Shown here in pieces: positions 55,417 to 64,000 of a stretch of DNA of 64,000 nucleotides. Both the position numbers and the translations under genes were made by a program. This stretch comes from a virus. Its lineage: Duplodnaviria > Caudoviricetes. Each line of letters begins with the position of its first letter. Positions within the stretch are counted from its first letter, which is position 1. The notes beneath the pieces are model-generated. The model saw nothing but the letters and a program-made list of their open reading frames with translations. It searched no databases and was not told where the DNA came from. The DNA lies in IMG/VR virus record IMGVR_UViG_3300032312_001225, positions 1,187-65,186 of that record, one strand, 5' to 3'.

Positions 55417-55913
55417 GAATATTAACCTTAGACAACACCAGTTACAGCATGGATGCAATTCCAGACGAGATAGACGAAGTAAGATTTTGTGTACTGGACA
55501 ATTCAGATCCCAAAGATCCTGATTACTTTTATATACCGCTAATCTTTTTAGAAAGTTTTAACAGTCCTGCCCTGGTTTTAAAGATTGGCAACAATACTGT
55601 TCGCATGCCTGTGGATTGGCAAATCTTGATTGGTGAGCCGGACTTTGGAGACCTAGAAGTAGTGCCATTGACCAGTATCAACGATCGTGGGTTTAATGTG
55701 TTTACGTTTAATCCCTTGACCAGCTTCAGACCTGAATTTCATCCAGTAGAAATCATCGACATTTATCAAGATGTCAAATGGTATTTCCCAAAGTTAAAAC
55801 CTGGACAACTGTTGGCCATACCCTTAACAGAAGGCCCAGAACCCATGTGTGCTTTCTTTATCAAAGACATCAGTCGTCAAAGTGAAGTACTCGATTACGC
55901 AAAAGTATGGTGA
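55413..55913 (+). CDS. hypothetical beta-rich protein
   Basis: 166-aa ORF coupled to uvsW. Confidence 0.6.
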   Translation: MRILTLDNTSYSMDAIPDEIDEVRFCVLDNSDPKDPDYFYIPLIFLESFNSPALVLKIGNNTVRMPVDWQILIGEPDFGDLEVVPLTSINDRGFNVFTFNPLTSFRPEFHPVEIIDIYQDVKWYFPKLKPGQLLAIPLTEGPEPMCAFFIKDISRQSEVLDYAKVW

Positions 55914-55914
55914 T

Positions 55915-56190
55915 ATGGGACAACTCAAGCCAGGTGCCACATACATTTACGAACATGCAGATGGTGTGACCTATGCTAGAGAAGCCGGCGCCCATCCCGG
56001 TGATAGAATAGCCATTGGCTGGACTTATGATCGTTTGGAGAAAGATGCAAGAGCCCAGCGTATCACATTGTGGGATCAAATACATCTTGCCGCCAAAACA
56101 AATCCTGCTTTACAAGAAGCTATAGAACGTGTTATAGTTATATATGAATTACAACGAGGCGAAGATCCGCCCGGATGGCATCCAGTTTAA
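55915..56190 (+). CDS. hypothetical protein
   Basis: YIYEHADGVTYAREAG...W; start 55915. Confidence 0.55.
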   Translation: MGQLKPGATYIYEHADGVTYAREAGAHPGDRIAIGWTYDRLEKDARAQRITLWDQIHLAAKTNPALQEAIERVIVIYELQRGEDPPGWHPV

Positions 56191-56199
56191 GGAGACAAT

Positions 56200-56484
56200 A
56201 TGAGCAAAGAAGAAGACAAAATCAAACATGGCGATCGTATGCATCGTGCGTGGACTGCAATTAAAAAGCAACTTAACATTATCAAAGCACACAAGAACTT
56301 TGGTGAAGCTTCAAAACGTATTGATGAAGCACAGCCGCATAGGTTGGCCAAACATCATGCAATGGATTGCGGACAAGCACATTGTACCCTATGCGGTAAT
56401 CCAAGACACAACAAACGTACCAAAGGCGAAGAAAAGTTAACCATCCAAGAACGTCGTAACAATCAAAAAGCCCAAGATGAGTGA
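56200..56484 (+). CDS. small basic protein with a Cys/His cluster
   Basis: KHHAMDCGQAHCTLCGNPR; AAGGAG RBS. Confidence 0.6.
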   Translation: MSKEEDKIKHGDRMHRAWTAIKKQLNIIKAHKNFGEASKRIDEAQPHRLAKHHAMDCGQAHCTLCGNPRHNKRTKGEEKLTIQERRNNQKAQDE

Positions 56485-56947
56485 AGATAAGTTAAGCATC
56501 AAGAGTGAAATGTCTGCATTTGATCGCAAAGACAGAAACTTTTACGACAGTTTAACTGACGAAGAAAAGAAAAAGTTCAGCCCATTCTTGATGATTCGTT
56601 ACGGTGCAACTGTTACAGGCAACGCCGACCTACAGGCCTACTACTTGATGAGTTGCAACGAACGTCTTAACAAGCATTTCTTTGATGTAAACACAGCACA
56701 ACATAAAAAACTACAGTGGTTACTGGCCACCACAGTCAGTCCCGGCATGGGCAATCAGTATCATCAGTGGATAGCTCCAAAAAAGAAAACCAACGACAAC
56801 AAGTCAATCAAGTTTTTGCGTGAACTGTATCCGCATTTGAAAGAAGATGATCTCAAGCTGATGAGTGAACTCAACGACAAAGATGATCTCAAAGCCTATG
56901 CCAAAGGCCTAGGTTGGGCAGACAAAGATATCAAGAAAGAGCTATGA
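56477..56947 (+). CDS. clamp loader small subunit (T4 gp62)-like
   Basis: FSPFLMIRY...CNE..NK...LQW...HQWI.PKKK...IKFLRELYP pattern recalls gp62; located among replication genes. Confidence 0.5.
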   Translation: MSEDKLSIKSEMSAFDRKDRNFYDSLTDEEKKKFSPFLMIRYGATVTGNADLQAYYLMSCNERLNKHFFDVNTAQHKKLQWLLATTVSPGMGNQYHQWIAPKKKTNDNKSIKFLRELYPHLKEDDLKLMSELNDKDDLKAYAKGLGWADKDIKKEL

Positions 56948-57585
56948 ACATTTTGATCAATGGCTGTAGTTTTATGGACAGCTATCACTATCAAAATCAG
57001 TTTGGTCAACTACTTGGCGGTTCGGCTGTAAACATAGCTTGTGCTGGCAGTAGCAACCGTCGTATCATTCGTACCACAGTAGACTACATAGAACACAATC
57101 CTGTAGATTTTGTTGTCTTGGGATTGACTTTTTACGATCGGCAGGAAAGTCCCATATCAAATTGTGCAGATCCCTGGGTCAGTTACAACAGTCAAGGTAT
57201 GCAGGCTGTGTTCGCTGATATAGCTGACTTTGACAGCGTTGAACAACACCGGCAACTGGGAGAATACATTTTAAGTCGTTATCGTTACGACATCAATGAG
57301 CATTACCTAGATGCATTGTATTTAGATTTGCGTATGTTTGTTGCATACCTGACGCAAAAAGGTATCAAGTTTTGTATATTCAATACCTGCGATCGTCACC
57401 ATAAACAAATTGATTTGGGTGCAGGATTTGTGCCATTTTCTTTTATTGGCAACGAGTATTTGGAACAAAATGGATCAGTGTGTATGGAACAGGACAAAGA
57501 CCTACCTGCCAATGCTCGACATCACTACGGCGAAGATGTTATAATACTAGTTCAGTATCTGGTGGATTACGTAAAGAATGTATAA
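56944..57585 (+). CDS. SGNH hydrolase-like protein
   Basis: INGCSF, NIACAGSSNRRI, RHHYG. Confidence 0.6.
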   Translation: MNILINGCSFMDSYHYQNQFGQLLGGSAVNIACAGSSNRRIIRTTVDYIEHNPVDFVVLGLTFYDRQESPISNCADPWVSYNSQGMQAVFADIADFDSVEQHRQLGEYILSRYRYDINEHYLDALYLDLRMFVAYLTQKGIKFCIFNTCDRHHKQIDLGAGFVPFSFIGNEYLEQNGSVCMEQDKDLPANARHHYGEDVIILVQYLVDYVKNV

Positions 57586-58258
57586 GTGTCGTTATTGCGA
57601 AAAAGATTTCAGCAAGGAAAGTACCTTGGCTGTGCATCTGTGTGAACCCAAGCGACGTTGGCAACAGGAACGAGAAACAGGTGTGCAGTTAGGGCTCAGG
57701 GCTTACTTGCGTTTTTACGAAATAACACAGGGTAGTGCCAAGCTAAAGAGCTATGACGACTTTGTCAAGAGTCCTTATTACAATGCGTTTGTTAAATGGG
57801 GTAGACACATGGTGGGCATTCGTGGTATCAATCCACCACAGTTCTTAGAATGGTTGTTAAAGAACAATAAGAAAATAGATCAATGGCTCAAAGACGATTT
57901 TTATGTTGAGTACTTGCACGAGTACCTACGCAGAGAAGCCACACAAGATGCACTTGAACGTGCCCTAAAGGAAATGCAAGATTATGCAGACGATCATCCA
58001 GAACTCAAAAACGGTTTTAGTGATTATTTTCGCTATGGCAATAGCAATCGTATCTGTCATCATATTGCTACTGGCCGCATTAGTCCTTGGATTGTGTTTA
58101 ATGCCCAGTCAGGGGTGGAATGCTTGGAAAATCTTACCGAGGAGCAAGTGGGAATGATTCTACCTTGGATCGATCCTGACCATTGGCAACGCAAATTCAA
58201 AGACTATCTGGCGGATACCGAATGGGTCAAAGATATATTGGCAAAGGCTGGCTTATGA
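57578..58258 (+). CDS. hypothetical protein with an N-terminal zinc finger
   Basis: YKCRYCEKDF....LAVHLC (CxxC...HxC). Confidence 0.6.
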   Translation: MYKCRYCEKDFSKESTLAVHLCEPKRRWQQERETGVQLGLRAYLRFYEITQGSAKLKSYDDFVKSPYYNAFVKWGRHMVGIRGINPPQFLEWLLKNNKKIDQWLKDDFYVEYLHEYLRREATQDALERALKEMQDYADDHPELKNGFSDYFRYGNSNRICHHIATGRISPWIVFNAQSGVECLENLTEEQVGMILPWIDPDHWQRKFKDYLADTEWVKDILAKAGL

Positions 58259-58389
58259 AGTGGGATGAAATTTACTTTTGGCTATTGGGTATACTGGCAA
58301 TCATGGCATTTTATTTTGCAGTGACAAACATGCCAATATCCATGTTAGATGCAATAAGGTTACAATATGAAATTCAAATCAGACATTGA
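58255..58389 (+). CDS. small membrane protein
   Basis: MKWDEIYFWLLGILAIMAFYFAV; ATGA coupling. Confidence 0.4.
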   Translation: MKWDEIYFWLLGILAIMAFYFAVTNMPISMLDAIRLQYEIQIRH

Positions 58390-58948
58390 CATAGATTTTG
58401 CGGATCGTACTCAAGCATTACGATTGCTTGAGCATACGCCTGCCAGCATCAACCGGGCCGGCGTCTGGGTGGCGCACAACACAGGTGTTTATGTCACAGA
58501 CATTCCCATGGATCCTTTTACAGGCCGTGCCAGCATTGATTATGAAAGTGCCGAGGCACGTGGTTATACAAAGTTGGACTTCTTAAACGTATCATTATAT
58601 ACGCAGATAAAGAATGAAGCACATTTACAGCAATTGATGACCCAAGAACCCGAATGGGATCGATTGTATGATCCTGAGTTCTGTGGAAAATTAATACACA
58701 TTGGCAATCATTATAAAACCTTAATACAAATGCCCGAAGCAGTAAACTCAATACCCAGACTAATGATGTTTATGGCCATAATCCGTCCGGCCAAGCGACA
58801 TCTAATCGGAAAGCCTTGGCGGGAAGTTGCAGAAACTATCTGGGATCAAACAGATGACGGGCAGTATGCGTTCAAGAAGAGCCACAGTTGTGCGTACAGC
58901 CATTTAGTTGTGGTCAACATGAATTTGTTAACTAACCTTGCGAACTAG
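58367..58948 (+). CDS. minimal DNA polymerase III alpha (DnaE)-like catalytic fragment
   Basis: SDIDIDF, HNTGVYV, GYTKLDFLN, AIIRP, YAFKKSHSCAY; only 193 aa. Confidence 0.75.
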   Translation: MKFKSDIDIDFADRTQALRLLEHTPASINRAGVWVAHNTGVYVTDIPMDPFTGRASIDYESAEARGYTKLDFLNVSLYTQIKNEAHLQQLMTQEPEWDRLYDPEFCGKLIHIGNHYKTLIQMPEAVNSIPRLMMFMAIIRPAKRHLIGKPWREVAETIWDQTDDGQYAFKKSHSCAYSHLVVVNMNLLTNLAN

Positions 58949-59302
58949 GGTTATTGATTTGCGTTTGCTACGTTTGGTAGCCATTTCTTTTAGGCTCACA
59001 TAAGGGCCCATTTTGATTTCTACGTCCTTGCTGTTCATGGTACGTAGACACACTCGAAATACACTCCAATCCTGCTTTAAAAACACATTGATGGGCATGA
59101 GCCTGTTGCTTTCCCACCACCATGTTTCTCCCAAACTCAAGAAGGTCTTCTTGACTTCAGTGTCCTTGAGTAGACCAAAATCATAAAGTGTAGTTATAAC
59201 TTCGTCTGAATTTTGTATGATGCCAATGTAGTCATTACCGCCATAGGTGATATGGCTTAGGTATGGGTATTGTGCGAGCAGTTGCTTGTAGTGTTCTTCC
59301 AC
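58928..59302 (-). CDS. hypothetical protein
   Basis: 124 aa; WWWESNRLMPINVFLK. Confidence 0.6.
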   Translation of the reverse strand: MEEHYKQLLAQYPYLSHITYGGNDYIGIIQNSDEVITTLYDFGLLKDTEVKKTFLSLGETWWWESNRLMPINVFLKQDWSVFRVCLRTMNSKDVEIKMGPYVSLKEMATKRSKRKSITLVRKVS

Positions 59303-59310
59303 GTTGTCCG

Positions 59311-59317
59311 ATAAATA
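59311..59317 (+). promoter_or_regulatory. T4-late-like promoter ATAAATA
   Basis: Upstream of the tail-gene block. Confidence 0.55.
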
Positions 59318-59337
59318 TGTTAAAGACGAGCAAATAA

Positions 59338-59847
59338 ATGATTACTGTCAAAGCATATTTATATCCAAATCTTGCCGAGGTGCAGGTTTTTGACCCCGCA
59401 ATATTTACAACAAGGAACCGCCAAGTGTACAGCCGCCCAATCAAAGTCTACCAAGGTGTAGACAATCCTATCCAAGTTATCATACGAAATCAAGACCAGA
59501 AAAAAGTTGATTTGACTGGCAGTAGTGTTACTGCAAGTATACAAGATCCAACCAATCAATTGACTGTTAAAAGCTATCCTGTGTTGTTTGGCGCTAACGT
59601 GGGCGGAAATATCCAGCTGGGACAGGGCACATTTACCTTTGATGCCAACACTATTAACGGCCTAGAACAGCGTTTTTACAAGCTGGCATTTAGTACCACA
59701 GTTACCAGCACAGACGTGACACGTCCGGTATATATTGATGACAATTATGGAGTTCCGCTGGATTTAGAAGTGTTACCGGCTTATTATGCCAACTCAACGC
59801 CGCCTGCAGAATCAGACACTTACACCTTAGACGGCGGATCAATCTAA
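59338..59847 (+). CDS. putative tail/baseplate-associated structural protein
   Basis: Late promoter; beta-rich; directly precedes the tail fibre; ends YTLDGGSI. Confidence 0.45.
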   Translation: MITVKAYLYPNLAEVQVFDPAIFTTRNRQVYSRPIKVYQGVDNPIQVIIRNQDQKKVDLTGSSVTASIQDPTNQLTVKSYPVLFGANVGGNIQLGQGTFTFDANTINGLEQRFYKLAFSTTVTSTDVTRPVYIDDNYGVPLDLEVLPAYYANSTPPAESDTYTLDGGSI

Positions 59848-59848
59848 G

Positions 59849-62800
59849 ATGGCACGTATCAATATATCACAGATTTTAATGAAGCGTGGTAATACTACCG
59901 CGGCAAATACCTACGTGGGTCCATTGGGTGAATTGGTTGTAGACACTGGATTGCGTACTGTGCGTGTACAGGATGGCGTAACTCCAGGCGGTATGAGCAC
60001 CCTGGCTACCAATGTACAATTACAAGCACTAGGAACCTATGCCAATGCCACATTTGGAACCAGCAGTTATGGCAATGCCAACGTGGCCTTGTATCTGTCA
60101 ACATCCAGCATTATCAGTAACATCAACGCAAACATCACAGCGGCCAATGCGGCCATAACCAGTTTGACATCAAATGCGGCTACACAGACCACGTTGATCA
60201 ATGCCATTAATGCTAACGTCACTGCGGCCAATGCGGCCATAACCAGTCTAACATCAAATGCTGCCATCCAGGCCAGTCTATTAGACACACTTACAGGCAA
60301 TGCGGCCACACAGTCTACTGTGTTAGATACCCTAACATCAAATGCGGCCGCACAAGCCACATCACTTACAACACTATTAAGTAATGCAGCAACACAGCAA
60401 ACAAGTTTGACGGATTTGGTGGCCAATGCGGTTGTACAGGCCCAGGCCATTGCCAACGCAGCTGGAACGTACGGCAACGCCAATGTTGAATCTTACATTG
60501 GTGCCAACATTGGCACATTGCATACCAATGCGGCCACACAAGCCACCAGCATCAATGCCATCACGGCCAACATTGGCAGTTTCTATACCTATGCCAACTT
60601 GAACTATGGTACCAGCAGTTATGCCAATGCCAATGTGTCTGCTTATTTGACAGAACAGAGTATTACCAGTGCCAACATTGGTGGCAGCCAGACTTACGCA
60701 AACACACAAGTTAATACCGTATCGGCCAACTTGGGTGCATATCAAACCTATGGTAATTTAACTTTTAGTACCGTGGCCAATGCCGCAACACAAGCCACAA
60801 GTATAAACTCAATTAATGCTAACCTAGGTGCTTACCAAACTTATGGTAACTTAACATTTAGTACTGTGGCCAATGCGGCCACACAGGCCACAAGTATTGC
60901 CACATTACAAACACAAGTTTATGCCAATGCCAATGTAAACACATACCTATCATCCAGCGTGATTGGATCATTGTCAACCAGTGGTAACTTGACAGTGGGC
61001 GGTAACTTGATTGTGAATGGCAATATCACTGTTATCAATACTGCCAGTTATACGGTTGATGATAACATCATACAGATGGCAGATGGCAATCCAGCCGACA
61101 CACTAGACCTGGGCTTTGTTGGTCATCGCACAGCGGGTGCTGTATTACAACATACCGGCTTGGTACGTGACGCCAGTGCCGGCAACTGGCGACTGTTTAG
61201 CAATGTAACAGCACAGCCTGGCGCCACTGTTGATTTTACCAATGCTGTATACGATGATTTGGTAGTTGGTAATATTTCTGCCAACATTGTCAAGAATGGC
61301 TACAACTGGAACTTTGGCACAAATGGCACAACAGCATTTCCTAATAGCTTAATACTAGCACCAGCTGGTCAAAGTATCACTATGCAGAGTGATCAATATT
61401 CACAGTTGATGTGGGAAAACGCCAATGTAACCGTGGCCCCAAATATGCCCATTAACTCAAACTTCTATGTAGCACAAGATATTGCTACCTTGGACATTGG
61501 CTATCGCGACGGTAGTAGTACCCAAGTAATCAAATCGTGGTATTGGAGTGCAGATGGCACCCTGACATTACCAACCGCTGGTCGAATAAATTTTGATTAT
61601 CTTTCTATCAGCAGTGATGCCAATGTTTCTGCATTTTATGCTCCATCTGGAAATGTTCAACTTGCTGCCGGTATTGGTAATGCACGAATAGTTGCAAGTT
61701 CTCTAAGTGATTCTAAAATCTGGAACTTTGACGCAAATGCCAATTTAACACTACCGTCGGCGAATTTTGATGCTAGTGCCGGACCGGTAAGTTCTCCGTC
61801 AATTGTTTTTCCATCGGAAGGGTACTTTGGCGCTTCGTTAGAAACCGCATCTGAAAAATTTCTAATAAAATCCGAAGGTAAAACTTGGACTTTTGATGGC
61901 AGCTACGAAGATTTAACATTTCCGGGCGGAACCGTTTTTAGTAACCAAAGTATAGTCGTAGCAGCAAACACAGGCTTTACAGTTACTACTTTTAATGGAG
62001 AGAGTAATTATGTGACATTTGGATCGGATGGTACTCTCAACGCCAATCGATACAACTTTGCCAACGGTGTAAACATCTTGAGCACAGTAGCAGGCACATA
62101 CGGCAACACACAAGTGGCCACATATCTGTCCAACTATAATGGCGACATCAACTTTACTTCAAGTACTGCAATTATCAGTAACGTAGATGTGATCACAGTG
62201 ATGGACAGCGTACGAAGTCCTGCTTACCAATTCAGCAACGGTACAAGTATTTTTGATGGTATAACCAGTGGCGGCAGTACATATTCAAATGCCAACGTGG
62301 TCTCATTATTGGCGGCCAACACCGCAGTATTTGTTGGAAACGTGGGTAATGTTGCTACATTTTCTTTACAGGCCAACAACACACAGGTGTTCATTGGTGG
62401 CAACGCTGTCATTGCATCAGGCAATGCCAACGTAACAAATTCAACAACGTTGTTGCACAACATGTACTTTGCGGCCAATGGTACCAGATTGGTTCGTAAT
62501 ACTGGTGCTGGAGTAGGCACGCTGTCATTTGATCCAACTGGCTTTACGGTCAGTGGACTGGTCACTGTACAGACGGCAAATAGTGTACCAGCCTTGCCCA
62601 TATGGATAAAGGCCAACACCAGCGGTTTGTTTGCCCCTAGTGGGTTCACCACCAGCACCATGACAGCCAGCGGCATAGTAGCAGTCAATGGCGCAAATGG
62701 TATAACAACCACACAAACCACATTCCCGTTGGTCAATGCCACTGCAACCACAATCAACATGGGTGGTGCCGCAACCAACACATTTATTGGTGCCAATAGT

Positions 62801-64000
62801 GCTGGTACTGGTAGTAACGTATTTGTTGGTAACACCGTGGGAACTCTATACGGCAATTTAATAGTACGTGCTCGAGGCGTATATAACCAACCCTTAAACG
62901 GTGCAGTAGCCAGCGGTGGCGGATATCCTGGCACCTTCTATACCAACGTGGCCACCACCGGCGGGTCAGGCACAGGAATGATTGTAACTATTCAAGGTGG
63001 AGCCAGTGGATATCTCCAAGGCGCCAATGTGACCAATCCGGGTACTGGATATCGAAATGGTGATACCATAACCATACCAGCAGGATCTGTCCCAGACGCA
63101 CAGTCCGGTGGTAGTGGTGCTTCATTTACTTTGACCAATTACGATGCCAGCCGCAGCGGTGTTAGCCAGGCCGACTACTTGTTTGGTATAGACGGTAACT
63201 TGACATTGCCAGGAAATGTAACAATAGCCAGCGTTGGCAGCATACGTTATGCCAATGGTGTAAACTACGCATCAACTGTGACTGGCACATACAGCAACAC
63301 CAACGTGGCCTCATACTTGACCACTGCCACAATCACAACCACAGGCAACGTCACTGCTGGCAACTTGATAACCACTGGTGCGTATGGTAACATCACTGGT
63401 GCCAACGTAATCAGTGCCAACACCGTCAGTGCCACAAACTACCTGTTTGCCAATGGTGTAAACATCTTATCAACCGTGGCAGGTACATATGGTAATGCCA
63501 ATGTGACCAGCTATTTCCAAAGTCTAACATCACTGGCACTTGGCTCAGGTGCAGGTGCTACAGCACAAGGCGTCGGCTCTGTTGCACTGGGCGTCAACGC
63601 TGGCAATGATCAAGGCTATTACGCAGTAGCCATTGGTATTGGTTCCGGCAGAGTTGCACAAGCTGACAGCACAGTGGCCATTGGTGGCGAAGCAGGTTGG
63701 GTCAGTCAAGGCATTAACTCTGTTGCTGTTGGATACCGTGCCGGTACAACCAATCAACCCAACAGCTCAATTATATTGAACGCAACTGGTGCTAATCTAA
63801 ATGCAACCACAGCCAACACATTCACTGTGGCACCTGTCAGAAATGATGTGGCCAATGTGGCTCAGGTCATGTTCTACAACACCACATCAAAAGAAATCAC
63901 ATACGGCAACACTATCAGCATTGCTGGTAATCTTTCAGTTGCTGGCAATGTGGTACAGCAAAGTGCCTACTATGAAACCTATGCCAATGTCACAAACTCA
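59849..64000 (+). CDS. long tail fibre / adhesin with an Mtd_N-like N-terminus (3'-incomplete)
   Basis: ATG at 59849 gives MARINISQILMKRGNTTAANTYVGPLGELVVDTGLRTVRVQDGVTPGG; the same frame reads YGNANV-type repeats at spot checks (60062, 61322, 62102, 63482, 63962); absent from the ORF track, consistent with no stop before the window end. Confidence 0.85.
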   Translation, partial: MARINISQILMKRGNTTAANTYVGPLGELVVDTGLRTVRVQDGVTPGGMSTLATNVQLQALGTYANATFGTSSYGNANVALYLSTSSIISNINANITAANAAITSLTSNAATQTTLINAINANVTAANAAITSLTSNAAIQASLLDTLTGNAATQSTVLDTLTSNAAAQATSLTTLLSNAATQQTSLTDLVANAVVQAQAIANAAGTYGNANVESYIGANIGTLHTNAATQATSINAITANIGSFYTYANLNYGTSSYANANVSAYLTEQSITSANIGGSQTYANTQVNTVSANLGAYQTYGNLTFSTVANAATQATSINSINANLGAYQTYGNLTFSTVANAATQATSIATLQTQVYANANVNTYLSSSVIGSLSTSGNLTVGGNLIVNGNITVINTASYTVDDNIIQMADGNPADTLDLGFVGHRTAGAVLQHTGLVRDASAGNWRLFSNVTAQPGATVDFTNAVYDDLVVGNISANIVKNGYNWNFGTNGTTAFPNSLILAPAGQSITMQSDQYSQLMWENANVTVAPNMPINSNFYVAQDIATLDIGYRDGSSTQVIKSWYWSADGTLTLPTAGRINFDYLSISSDANVSAFYAPSGNVQLAAGIGNARIVASSLSDSKIWNFDANANLTLPSANFDASAGPVSSPSIVFPSEGYFGASLETASEKFLIKSEGKTWTFDGSYEDLTFPGGTVFSNQSIVVAANTGFTVTTFNGESNYVTFGSDGTLNANRYNFANGVNILSTVAGTYGNTQVATYLSNYNGDINFTSSTAIISNVDVITVMDSVRSPAYQFSNGTSIFDGITSGGSTYSNANVVSLLAANTAVFVGNVGNVATFSLQANNTQVFIGGNAVIASGNANVTNSTTLLHNMYFAANGTRLVRNTGAGVGTLSFDPTGFTVSGLVTVQTANSVPALPIWIKANTSGLFAPSGFTTSTMTASGIVAVNGANGITTTQTTFPLVNATATTINMGGAATNTFIGANSAGTGSNVFVGNTVGTLYGNLIVRARGVYNQPLNGAVASGGGYPGTFYTNVATTGGSGTGMIVTIQGGASGYLQGANVTNPGTGYRNGDTITIPAGSVPDAQSGGSGASFTLTNYDASRSGVSQADYLFGIDGNLTLPGNVTIASVGSIRYANGVNYASTVTGTYSNTNVASYLTTATITTTGNVTAGNLITTGAYGNITGANVISANTVSATNYLFANGVNILSTVAGTYGNANVTSYFQSLTSLALGSGAGATAQGVGSVALGVNAGNDQGYYAVAIGIGSGRVAQADSTVAIGGEAGWVSQGINSVAVGYRAGTTNQPNSSIILNATGANLNATTANTFTVAPVRNDVANVAQVMFYNTTSKEITYGNTISIAGNLSVAGNVVQQSAYYETYANVTNS
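60122..60460 (+). repeat. 14-residue coiled-coil repeats in the tail fibre
   Basis: LTSNAATQxxLxxx / LTGNAATQ / LTSNAAAQ / LLSNAATQ units at a 42-nt period. Confidence 0.7.
60731..60895 (+). repeat. tandem 90-nt (30-aa) duplication
   Basis: LGAYQTYGNLTFSTVANAATQATSI encoded twice with synonymous differences. Confidence 0.8.

Noticed and set aside
55413-55913. Hint/intein-like domain after uvsW
   Set aside because: Only a vague beta-strand pattern; no N-terminal Cys/Ser, TxxH or terminal HN motif.
60067-63757. Minus-strand ORFs (60067, 60377, 61913, 62224, 62525, 63545)
   Set aside because: Antisense shadows of the repetitive tail-fibre frame.
59849-64000. Diversity-generating retroelement suggested by the Mtd_N-like domain
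   Set aside because: No reverse transcriptase or TR/VR pair differing at adenines in the window; Mtd_N alone is a common fibre N-terminus. The C-terminus lies outside the window.

Overview
A 64-kb segment of a large T4-like (myovirus-type) dsDNA phage, not a bacterial chromosome. T4-type core genes (large terminase, gp32 SSB, UvsX, UvsY, UvsW, a gp62-like clamp-loader subunit) and a >1380-aa tail fibre with an Mtd_N-like N-terminus are interleaved with a very large accessory load. That load includes 11 canonical-looking tRNAs plus one aberrant tRNA-like element, six radical SAM proteins, and about 20 glycan synthesis/modification enzymes. It also includes AhpC/AhpD and a Prx5-like redoxin, GroES/GroEL, RNA polymerase omega, orphan solute-binding proteins (Bug/TctC and DctP types), two PP-loop paralogues and a 193-aa DnaE-like palm. 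GroEL, AhpC/D and the Bug protein look betaproteobacterial (Burkholderiales), the inferred host group. Two promoter classes are visible: sigma70-like (TTGACA-17/18-TATAAT) and T4-late-like (ATAAATA). The most unusual signals are RNA-level: (1) a Cys/His/Tyr/Trp-rich leader peptide with mutually exclusive antiterminator/terminator hairpins ahead of a tRNA region; (2) a promoter-driven ~265-nt multi-helix ncRNA; (3) tRNA-Ser with an ACU anticodon; (4) a 77-nt tRNA-Leu(CAG) lacking the long variable arm; (5) a Gly-type tRNA with an intact acceptor/CCA but a collapsed anticodon loop. There is also a signal-peptide-less DctP split into one N-lobe gene and two alternative C-lobe genes. All calls come from reading motifs by eye; no database searches were run.
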